Origin: Amphiscolops sp. MND2022 | Lineage: Eukaryota | Direction: 5' to 3' | Length of the DNA: 64,000 bases | Assembly: GCA_964187785.1 (NCBI GenBank) | Contig: OZ076409.1 | Coordinates: 124,001-188,000 of the forward strand | In this document: one piece after another, positions 39,001 through 51,000 of the stretch | Layout: the number at the start of each line of letters is the position of its first letter | How positions within the stretch are numbered: position 1 is the stretch's first letter | Translations under genes and position numbers: made by a program | Notes under the pieces: generated by a model | Seen by the model: only the letters and a program-made list of their open reading frames with translations | What the model was told of the DNA's origin: nothing | Databases searched by the model: none

Positions 39001-42000
39001 GAACATTTGATGTTATATCCGAACTGAAAATATTTCACACGAGAATATAATTTCAAATTCCTGAAAACTATAAATGCAATTTATATAAAATTTAGCCCAG
39101 TCATTTTACATCCGAAGGTGCTCATGCGTGAGCAACGGCATCAAAATCCTTTGACTGGGATGAGAGAAACATAACCAAAATTAGACAAAAAATTACCAAA
39201 ACTGCAATTTTTGGACATTTTTCGATTTTCTCAAAAACTGTCCATTCGATTCGAACGATTTTTTTACATTCATTCAATAACGTAATAGGGTCCTTCGTCT
39301 GCAATTAGATCAAAATTATATGGGAGCTGAGAAACATAGCCAAGATTAGTCAAAAAATGATCAAAAAACGTCCATTGCTGGACTTTTTCGATTTCCTCAA
39401 AAACTGTCCATTCGATTCGAACGATTTTTTTACATTCATTCAATAACAAAATAGGGTCTTTCGTGTGCAATTAGATCAAAATTGTATGGGAGCTGAGACA
39501 CATAGCCAAGATTAGTAAAAAAATGACCGAAAAACGTCCATTTTTGGACTTTTCGATTTTCTCAAAACTGTTCATACGATTCAAACGACATTTTTTTAAC
39601 AAACCGAATTTATTCTAAGTCATAAAGGTTAAAGTTCATTCTAACCATACTGAACTGAATGTATGCCAATTGTCATCCATGTTTACTTGGACAAACTCAG
39701 TTCAGTATGGTTAGAATGAACTTTAACCTTTATGACTTAGAATAAATTCGTTTTGGTCTGTTGGTCTGTATATACGACCGTGTTCATCGAATTTTAGCTA
39801 CCTTAGACGTATAGTATGGTACTGTATATTGAAAGATAGATCGAATATAAGTCCTATACGACTTTGTTCAATGATTTTTAGCTACTTTAGACATACAGTA
39901 TGGTACTGTATATTGAAAGATTAATGGAATATAAAACCTATACGATCGTGTTAATTGAATCTTAGCTACTTTAGACCTATAGTATTGTACTGTATATTGA
40001 AAGATAGATCGAAAATAAGTCCTATACGAAATTGTTCATCGAATCTTAGCTACTTCAGACTTATAGTATGGAACTGTATATTGAAAGATTGATCGAATAT
40101 AAAACCTATGCAATCGTGCTAATTGAAGCTTAGCTACTTTAGACCTATAGTATTGTACTGAAGATTGAAAGATAGATCAAATATAAGTCCTATTCGAAAG
40201 TGTTCATCGAATCAGCCACCTTAGACTTATGGTATGGAACTGTATATTGATAAATAGATCGAATATAAGTCCTATACGACCGTGTTCATCGAATCTTAGC
40301 TACTTTAGACCTATAATATGGTACTGTATAATGAAAGATAATTCAAACATAAGTCCTATACGGCTGTGTTCATCGAATCTTAGCTACTTTAGACCTATGA
40401 TATGGTACTGTATAGGGAAAGATAGATCGAACATAATTCCTATACGGTTGTGTTCATTGCTTCTTAACTACTTTAGCCCTATCGTATTGTACTGTATATA
40501 GAAAGATAAATCGAATATAAGTCCTATACGAAAGTATTCATCGAATCTTAGCTACTTTAGACTTATAGTATGGAACTGTATATTGAAAAACAGATCGAAT
40601 ATAAGTCCAATACTACCATGTTCATCGAATCTTAGCTACTTTAGAAAAATAGTAATGTATATTGAAGATAGATCGAATATAAGTCCTATACGACCATGTT
40701 AATCGAATCTTAGCTACTTCAGAATTATAGTATGGTACTGTATATTGAAAGATTGATCTATAATAAAACCTATGCAATCGTGTTAATTGAATCTTAGCTA
40801 CTTTAGACCTATAGTCTTGTACTGAATATTGAAAGATAGATCGAATATAAGTCCTATACGAAAGTGTTCATCGAATCAGCCACTTTAGACATATAGTATG
40901 GAACTGTATATTGAAAAATAGATCAAATATAAATCCCATACTATCGTGTTCATCGAATCTTAGCTACTTTAGACCTATAATATGGTACTGTATATGGAAA
41001 GATAGATCGAACAAAGGTCCTATACGGCTGTGTTCATAGAATCTCAGCCACTTTAGTCCTATAGTATGGTACTGTATTTTGAAAGATAGATCGAATACAA
41101 TTCCTATACGGCTGTGTTCCTTGAATCTTAGCTACTTTAGTCCTATCGTATTGTACTGTATATGGAAAGATAAATCGAACATAAGTCCTATACGAAAATG
41201 TTCATCGAATCTTAGCTACTTTAGACTGATAGTATGGAACTCTATATTGAAAAACAGATCGGATATAAGTCCGATACGACCGTGTTCGTCGAATCTTAAC
41301 TACTTTAGAAGTACAGTATGGTAATGTATATTGAAAGATAGATCGAATATAGGTCCTATACGACCGTGTCCTTTGAATCTTAGCTACTTTAGACCTATAG
41401 TGTGGTACTGGACATTGAAAGATAAATCGAAAATAAGTCCTATACGACCGTGTCCTTTGAATCTTAGCTACTTTAGACCTATAGTGTGGTACTGGACATT
41501 GAAAGATAAACCGAAAATAAGTCCTATACGATCGTGTTCTTTAAAGCTTTGCTACTTTAGACCTATAATATAGTACTGTATAATGAAAGATAAATCGAAA
41601 ATAAGTCCTATACGACCGTGTTCTTTGAATCTTAGCTACTTTAGACCTGTAGTATGGTACTGTATATTGAAAGATAAATCAAAAATAAGTCCTATACGAC
41701 CGTGTTCTTTGAATCTTAGCTACTTTAGACCTGTAGTATGGTACTGTATAATGAAAGATAAATCGAAAATAAGTCCTATACGACCGTGTTCTTTGAATCT
41801 TAGCTACTTTAGACCTGTAGTATGGTACTGTATATTGAAAGATAAATCAAAAAAAAGTCCTATACGACCGTGTTCTTTGAATCTTAGCTACTTTAGACCT
41901 GTAGTATGGTACTGGACATTGGAAGATAAATCGAAAATAAGTCCTATACGACCGCGTTCATTGAATCTTAGCTTTTTTATATCCATAATATGGATCTGCA

Positions 42001-45000
42001 TATTGAAAGATGGATCGAATATAAGTCCTATACGACCGTGTTCATCAAATCTTAGCTACTTTAGACCTATAGTATGGTGCTGTATAATGACAGATAGGTC
42101 GAATATAAAACCTATAAAACTGTGTTCACTGAATCTTAGCTTCTTTAGACCGGTAGTTTGGGACTGCATATTGAAAGAGATGGAAAATAGGTCCTATTCG
42201 ACTGTGTTCATTGAATGTTAGCTACTCCGGACCTATAGTATGGTACTGTATTTTGAACGATATATCGATTATAAGTCCTATGCGGTCGTGTTCATCGAAA
42301 CTTAGCTACTTTAGACCTATAGTATGGTACTGTATATTGAATGATAGGTCAAACATAAAACCTATACGACTGTGTTCACAGAATATTAGGTACTTCAAAC
42401 CTATAGAATGGGACTGTATATTGAAAGATAGATCGAATATAAAATCTACACGACTGTTTTCACTGAATCTTAGCAACTTGACATACAGTATGGTACAAAT
42501 ATTGAAAGATAGATCGAAAAAGGTCCTATACAACTGTGTTCACTGAATCTTAGCTCTTTTAGATCTATAGTATGGAACTGCATTTTGAAAGATGGATCGA
42601 TTATAAGTCCTATACGACCCTGTTCATCGAATCTTAGCTACTTTACACCTATATTATGGTACTGTATTTTGAAAGATAGATCGAATACAAAACCTGTACG
42701 ACTGTGTTCACTAAATATTAGGAACTTGAAATAGTATGATACTATAAATTGAAAGATAGATCAAAATAAGTCCAATACAACTGTGTTCATTGAATCTTAG
42801 CTCTTTTAGATCTATAGTATGGAACTGCATAATGAAAGATGGATCGATTATAAGTCCTGTACGACCGTTTTCAGTCATTCTTAGCTACTTTAGACCTTTA
42901 GTAAGGTACTGTAGATTGAAGGATTAATCGGATATAAAACCTGACATAATTTTACTTCTCTTGCGTCTTTTTGCAAAAAATTGAAAGTTCAACGGGCGAA
43001 ATAATGCTTTTTCGCTCGCTCTAGAAAAAAAAGTTTCAAGTGCTAAACTCTACTCTAATGGAAAAACCTGACTGTCGCAATAACGTTTCCAATCCGTAAC
43101 TCTTTTGATCACTAGAATGGATCAAATTCCATTGATTGATCCATAGATTGCATCAGGAATGGTTGAATTGTTTAGATCGCAATTCGAATGCCAACAACTT
43201 TCAAAGGGTGAAAATGTTTTCTCTACAACTCCCATCGTTTTTCGATTTCTTTCGAAAGCTGAGTATCCATTTTTCAAACTTTTCCATAAGAGTTCTAAAA
43301 TCTTAAATATGCAGATTGCAGACTCCACCGGGAAAGATTACATTGTTTCGCTCTTCGAATGATTGTTCGAAGGGTAACAATTTCACAAGGGTCAACATAA
43401 TTTTCCACAACCACCTGCCCCAATTGTGAAACACCGCTGTCAAGAAAACTGTGCTGTGTTCAAATCTGAGGTAAGTATACGGTTGATATTGGAAGCTGGG
43501 AGTGCTGGACTGGTCTGCTGAAAAGTTGTGTTGCTGCTGTTGGCATGTTTGATAGAAGACAAAGAAGAGAAAACTGACTATCAATATTTTTCTGAATAAT
43601 TGCGTGGACTTTCACTGCAATATGAAATAGATGAATAGTTCAACAGAGTGGCCGAGCTGATATCTTCCTTGCTATCACTTTCCTTTGCAACTGCGGAATG
43701 AATTTTGTGAATTCTGATGCAAAATTCGGTTTCCCAAAACTTTGCAAACGATGCATTTTTAGTTACGGTCGGCAGTGTTGAATTTTTTTAAACAGTTTTA
43801 GAAATCTTTCTGGGCGTGCACTCCGAAAAGGTACATCACAAGTAACTTACAACCACTTTCCCAATTCTTACTTCAAAACGGCTTCTTTCGATTTCTACCA
43901 AAACCATAAACCACAAAATATGTGACCTTTTAACGTTGAAAACGTGTGGTCATTGTGTGAAAGTTAGTCCATGAACATTGGGACGATAACTTAGGAGCAG
44001 ACCGGCAGGCAGTGTGGCCTGAGTGATTAGTCCTCTAGCTAGATACCATACTCGTCTGAAATGTATCGAGCGATCAAACCACTTGGGTCACACTACTTTT
44101 CTTTCGATAGGACAATCGAAGACAAGTTGTTCACCTTATGAATGAAGTCTCCACGTGAAAGCTTCGGGCGTGATTCCATTCTCCACGGACTAATTGTTTT
44201 CTCAGCCCCTTCATTGAAAGCGACTTCTTATTGAAATCTAGCTCCCTAGGCAACGATTCGGAAAAAATTGCGACCTTCACGAATGTTTCTGGGTGAGGAG
44301 TTGAGTTTTTTTCGAGACTTCACATTTATTGTACAGCTACCGGATTCCAGGCCGCGATTATCGGTGTAAGAAGGCCTCCACCTGCTTTGAGATGTGTTGG
44401 TATGTTATGGTTGCTACAGAGTTTTGAAATTTGAACGGCTATACTTCGCCACCGACCGCCACGCTCCGGGTTTCCGCTCGCCGACCGTCGCGATCCGGGT
44501 TTCCGCTCGCCGACCGTCCCAATCCGGGTTTCCGCCCGCCGACCGCCGCGATCCGAGTTTCCACTCGCCGCTGCCCAGCCAAAGGGCAACTCTGGGAACC
44601 AAACCAAACGAGGTCTATGGTACAAAGAATATTTTGATCCTCTCTGCAAGAATTTGATTTGGTCCATCCTGGCTCTTTGGGAAAATTGTCTGCAGATCAA
44701 ACACCAGCAAAGCTTGTTTTTAAATTTGATGTAATGTTGTTGACTTATCCATCAAACGGCTTTCAGCAAGATTGACCTCAGCATTGTATATCAAACTATT
44801 CCTATCAAACTGATCATTTCGCTATTAGTCGTATGTTTATCCTGAAATAGGGTTTCATATAACCGGAGATTTTGTTTGAAGAACTTTATTCATAAAAACC
44901 TGTAGAACTATTTGAAGGTAACAGCTTCAAAGCCGGTCAGCGTTCCACAATTAACAAGCTGATGAAGACTTAACTTGGGTTTACAACCAAATTTCAGAAA

Positions 45001-48000
45001 CTAAAGTTTGATGAGAATGTTAGGTTTTAGGCAGTTGCTTCAGACGAATAGAGTGACTGTGATGAATCAGTGAGCAGCAGCAGCAGCAGTGTCCCCACTT
45101 CTGACAGTGATACTTAAACAGACTCCCTCGATATTTTAGATTTCCTCAATAACAGCTGCTCGTCGCGTGCTTCGAGCTACGCGAGTCCACTGAAACAAGC
45201 TTCAAACTCTGACTCGGCAAATTTCAGTTGGTACCGTTTCATTCACAGTGTATCGATCACTTGATATTCACCATTGATATTAACCTAATTGCGCCCGATG
45301 CTGGCCTAAACAATCAGCTTCTTGCTCTAGCGATGATGGAGAATTAGCAAATGTTATTGACTGGGATGCTCTATCTGACGACTTGTCTGATGAGTAGCAG
45401 GATGCCCACTTTGATTGTCCATTCATGAGTTATGAGGCACAGAAGTCAACTGACATTGGAAATTTTTCGGAAAAACGGTAGTGATAAATCGGGATTTTCA
45501 TAATTCGTCAAACATGGTCATAGGTAGACGCCAGGTTCAGTTAAAGAGACGTTCTGGTCAGCATTTTTTCGCCAGTTCGTGGATTTTCTTCATACGCTCA
45601 CTTGTAATCCTAGTTGTGTGGACGATTCCTGACTTTGGAAGCCCTGAAGTTGAAATGAAGTTTTTGAAAAATTCTGAAAAGTTTCCAAGTCCCACAACTT
45701 TTGCTCGGGAAATGCTAGAACGCTTAAACCTCGTTAAGAAGGCCAAATGGTTTTGCTCGGGAAAAATTTGGACAGGGGGTCCCCCTAGAGTTCCATACTA
45801 TAAGTCTAAAGTAGCTAAGATTCGATGAACATTTTCGTATAGGACTTATATTCGATTTATCTTTCCATATACAGTACAATACGATAGGACTAAAGTAGCT
45901 AAGATTCAAGGAACACAGCCGTATAGGAATTATATTCGATCTATCTTTCAATATACAGTACCATACTATAGGACTGAAGTGGCTGAGATTCTATGAACAC
46001 AGCCGTAAAGGACCTTTGTTCGATCTATCTTTCCATATACAGTACAATACGATAGGACTAAAGTAGCTAAGATTCAATGAACACAGCCGTATAGGAATTA
46101 TATTCGATCTATCTTTCAAAATACAGCACTTACAATAGGACTAAAGTAGCTGGGATTCTTTGAACATAGCCCTATAGGACCTTTGTTCGATCTACTTTTC
46201 AATATACAGTTCCATAATATAGGTCTAAAGTAGAAAAGATTCGACGAACACGGTCGTATCGGACTTATATCCGATCTGTTTTTCAATATAGAGTTCCATA
46301 CTATAAGTCTAAAGTAGCTAACATTCGCTGAACATTTTCGTATAGGACTTATGTTCGATTTATCTTTCCATATACAGTACAATACGATAGGACTAAAGTA
46401 GCTAAGATTCAAGGAACACAGCCGTATAGGAATTGTATTCGATCTATCTTTCAAAATACAGTACCATACTATAGGACTAAAGTGGCTGAGATTCTATGAA
46501 CACAGCCGTATAGGACCTTTGTTCGATCTATCTTTCCATATACAGTACAATACGATAGGACTGAAGTAGCTAAGGTTCAAGGAACACAGCAGTATAGGAA
46601 TTGTATTCGATCTATCTTTCAAAATACAGTACCATACTATAGGACTGAAGTGGCTGAGATTCAATGAACACAGCCGTATAGGAATTACATTCGATCTATC
46701 TTCCAAAATACAGCACATACAATAGGACTAAAGTAGCTGGGATTCTTTGAACATAGTCCTAGATGACCTTTGTTCGAGCTATTTTTCAATATACAGTTTC
46801 ATAATATAGGTCTAAAGTAGAAAAGATTCGATGAACACGGTCGTATAGGACCTATATTCGATCTATCTTTCAATATACATTACCATACTGTCCTTTTAAA
46901 GTAGTTAAGATTCGACGAACACGGTCGTATCGGACTTATATCCGATCTGTTTTTCAATATAGAGTTCCATACTATAAGTCTAAAGTAGCTAACATTCGCT
47001 GAACATTTTCGTATAGGACTTATGTTCGATTTATCTTTCCATATACAGTACAATACGATAGGACTAAAGTAGCTAAGATTCAAGGAACACAGCCGTATAG
47101 GAATTGTATTCGATCTATCTTTCAAAATACAGTACCATACTATAGGACTAAAGTGGCTGAGATTCTATGAACACAGCCGTATAGGACCTTTGTTCGATCT
47201 ATCTTTCCATATACAGTACAATACGATAGGACTGAAGTAGCTAAGATTCAAGGAACACAGCCGTATAGGAATTGTATTCGATCTATCTTTCAAAATACAG
47301 TACCATACTATAGGACTGAAGTGGCTGAGATTCAATGAACACAGCCGTATAGGAATTATATTCGATCTATCTTCCAAAATACAGCACATACAATAGGACT
47401 AAAGTAGCTGGGATTCTTTGAACATAGTCCTAGATGACCTTTGTTCGAGCTATTTTTCAATATACAGTTTCATAATATAGGTCTAAAGTAGAAAAGATTC
47501 GATGAACACGGTCGTAGAGGACCTATATTCGATCTATCTTTCAATATACATTACCATACTGTACTTCTAAAGTAGTTAAGATTCGACGAACACGGTCGTA
47601 TTGGACTTATACCCGATCTGTTTTTCAATGTAGAGTTCCATACTATAAGTCTAAAGTAGCTAAGATTCGATGAACATTTTCTTATAGGACTTATGTTCGA
47701 TTTATCTTGCCATATACAGTACAATACGATAGGACTAAAGTAGCTGAGATTCAAGGAACACAGCCGTATAGGAATTATATTCGATCTATCTTTCAAAATA
47801 CAGCACATACAATAGGACTAAAGTAGCTGGGATTCTTTGAACATAGCCCTATAGGACCTTTGTTCGATCTATTTTTCAATATACAGTTCCATAATATAGG
47901 TCTAAAGTAGAAAAGATTCGATGAACACGGTCGTATAGGACCTATATTCGATCTATCTTTCAATATACATTACCATACTGTCCTTCTAAAGTAGTTAAGA

Positions 48001-51000
48001 TTCAACGAACACGGTCGTATCGGACTTATATCCGATCTGTTTTTCAATATAGAGTTCCATACTATAAGTCTAAAGTAGCTAAGATTCGCTGAACATTTTC
48101 GTATAGGACTTATGTTCGATTTATCTTTCCATATACAGTACAATACGATAGGACTAAAGTAGCTAAAATTCAAGGAACACAGCCGTATAGGAATTGTATT
48201 CGATCTATCTTTCAAAATACAGTACCATACTATAGGACTAAAGTGGCTGAGATTCTATGAACACAGCCGTATAGGACCTTTGTTCGATCTATCTTTCCAT
48301 ATACAGTACAATACGATAGGACTAAAGTAGCTAAGATTCAAGGAACACAGCCGTATAGGAATTGTATTCGATCTATCTTTCAAAAAACAGTACCATACTA
48401 GAGGACTGAAGTAGCTGGGATTCTTTGAACATAGTCCTAGAGGACCTTTGTTCGAGCTATTTTTCATTATACAGTTCCATAATATAGGTCTAAAGTAGAA
48501 AAGATTCGATGAACACGGTCGTATAGGACCTATATTCGATCTATCTTTCAATATACATTACCATACTGTACTTCTAAAGTAGTTAAGATTCGACGAACAC
48601 GGTCGTATTGGACTTATATCCGATCTGTTTTTCAATATAGAGTTCCATACTATAAGTCTAAAGTAGCTAAGATTCGATGAACTTTTTCGTATAGGACTTA
48701 TGTTCGATTTATCTTGCCATATACAGTACAATACGATAGGACTAAAGTAGCTAAGATTCAAGGAACACAGCCGTATAGGAATTGTAATCGATCTATCTTT
48801 CAAAATACAGTACCATACTATAGGACTAAAGTGGCTGAGATTCTATGAACACAGCCGTATAGGACCTTTGTTCGATCTATCTTTCCATATACAGTACCAT
48901 ATTATAGGTCTAAAGTAGCTAAGATTCGATGAACACGATAGTATGGGATTTATATTTGATCTATTTTTCAATATACAGTTCCATACTATATGTCTAAAGT
49001 GGCTGATTCGATGAACACTTTCGTATAGGACTTATATTCGATCTATCTTTCAATATTCAGTACAAGACTATAGGCCTAAAGTAGCTAAGATTCAATTAAC
49101 ACGATTGCATAGGTTTTATTATAGATCAATCTTTCAATATACAGTACCATACTATAATTCTGAAGTAGCTAAGATTCGATTAACATGGTCGTATAGGACT
49201 TATATTCGATCTATCTTTCAATATACATTACTATACTATTTTTCTAAAGTAGCTAAGATTCGATGAACATGGTAGTATTGGACTTATATTCGATCTGTTT
49301 TTCAATATACAGTTCCATACTATAAGTCTAAAGTAGCTAAGATTCGATGAATACTTTCGTATAGGACTTATATTCGATTTATCTTTCTATATACAGTACA
49401 ATACGATAGGGCTAAAGTATTTAAGATGCAATGAACACAGCCGTATAGGAATTATGTTCGATCTATCTTTCACTATACAGTACCATATCATAGGTCTAAA
49501 GTAGCTAAGATTCGATGAACACAGCCGTATAGGACTTATGTTTGAATTATCTTTCATTATACAGTACCATATTATAGGTCTAAAGTAGCTAAGATTCGAT
49601 GAACAAGGTCGTATAGGACTTATATTCGATCTATTTATCAATATACAGTTCCATACTATAAGTCTGAAGTAGCTTAGATTCGATGAACAATTTCGTATAG
49701 GACTTATTTTCGATCTATCTTTCAATATACAGTACAATACTATAGGTCTAAAGTAGCTAAGATTCAATTAACACGATCGTATAGGTTTTATATTCCATTA
49801 ATCTTTCAATATACAGTACCATACTGTATGTCTAAAGTAGCTAAAAATCAATGAACAAAGTCGTATAGGACTTATATTCGTTCTATCTTTCAGTATACAG
49901 TACCATACTCTACGTCTAAGGTAGCTGAAATTCGATGAACACGGTCGTATAGGACTTATATTTGATATATCTTTCGATATACAGCCCCATACTGTAGGTC
50001 TAAAGTAGCTAAGATTCAATGAACACGGTCGTGTAGGACTTATATTCGGTCTATATTTCAAAATACAGTACAATACTATAAGTCTAAAGTAGCTAAGATT
50101 CAATGAACTCGGTCGTATAACTGCAAGTTTGTGCATGTTTACAGCTCTTTAGCCGAAATTATTCTCAGATTCTCATTGCAATTTCTGGGCGCCCGAGTCG
50201 AGATTATTCTAAGTCAGAACACAGTTACCATTGTTGAAACGTATTGAATTCATCATTAGTTTGTCCAAGTAAACATGGATGACAATTGGCATACATTCAT
50301 TTCAGTATGGTTAGAATGAACTTTAACCTTTGTGACTTAGAATAAATTCGGTTGGGAGCCCTAAAAGTGAGATAGGTTTCTGACTTAGAATAATTTCGGT
50401 TGGGAGCCCTAAAAGTGAGATAGGTTTCTGACTTAGAATAATTTCGACTGGGAGCCCAAAACATCATTTAACCCCCCCCCCTGCTATTACTACTCATATC
50501 AACAAGAGTAACAACAGTTTCTGTTTCTTCTGTTGGCATGTGTTTTTTCTATGGCCGCAAAAGCTGCAAATTTAAGACGCAGCGAGCAAGCTACTTTCGT
50601 TACTCTGACACTCGAGGTCTGCTAACTTCTCAACGAGCATCATCAAGTCTTTTCTAATCGTTTGTAGAAAACGTTGCATGAGCCTTAATGACCTCTTTTT
50701 AGGTTTTTCGGCATTGTGCGACTTTTTTACCAAATACTTGTTTTGGAAAAAAATATTTTTTTCCAAATATTTCCAATAGTTGTTCCTTGAATATTTTTGA
50801 GCCTAAGACATGGCGCCGACTTGGGACGTTCCCGTCTTGTTTGGATAATGGGCTAATACAGTCCGTTTACAGAAGGAGATCAGTCAACAATGCATTATGC
50901 ATGCCTTTTCTTGGACAAAGGCGCAAACATTGTTTAGTAATTTTATCAAACGAATTAAAGATTCGCGATAGCAAATTATTGAAAAAGTATTTTAGTCGAA

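Larger units (their letters stand above)
38305..50494. mobile_element. Non-autonomous Maverick/Polinton-like foldback element, 12,190 bp, with satellite-filled inverted arms
   Basis: Termini AGTAGTAATAGCAGGGGGG... / ...CCCCCCTGCTATTACTACT. Perfect 6-bp TSD CATATC at 38299-38304 and 50495-50500. Near-identical inverted ends of ~435 bp, and colinear arms out to ~41370/~48513. No integrase, pPolB, ATPase or capsid ORF recognised. Confidence 0.85.

Noticed and set aside
39770..50120. CRISPR-like array or repeat-protein genes (28-aa KDRSNISPIRPCSLNLSYFRPIVWYCIL ORFs)
   Set aside because: Units are contiguous 84-bp tandem repeats with no unique spacers and no cas genes. The ORFs arise because 84 is divisible by 3, and they are broken by frequent stops.
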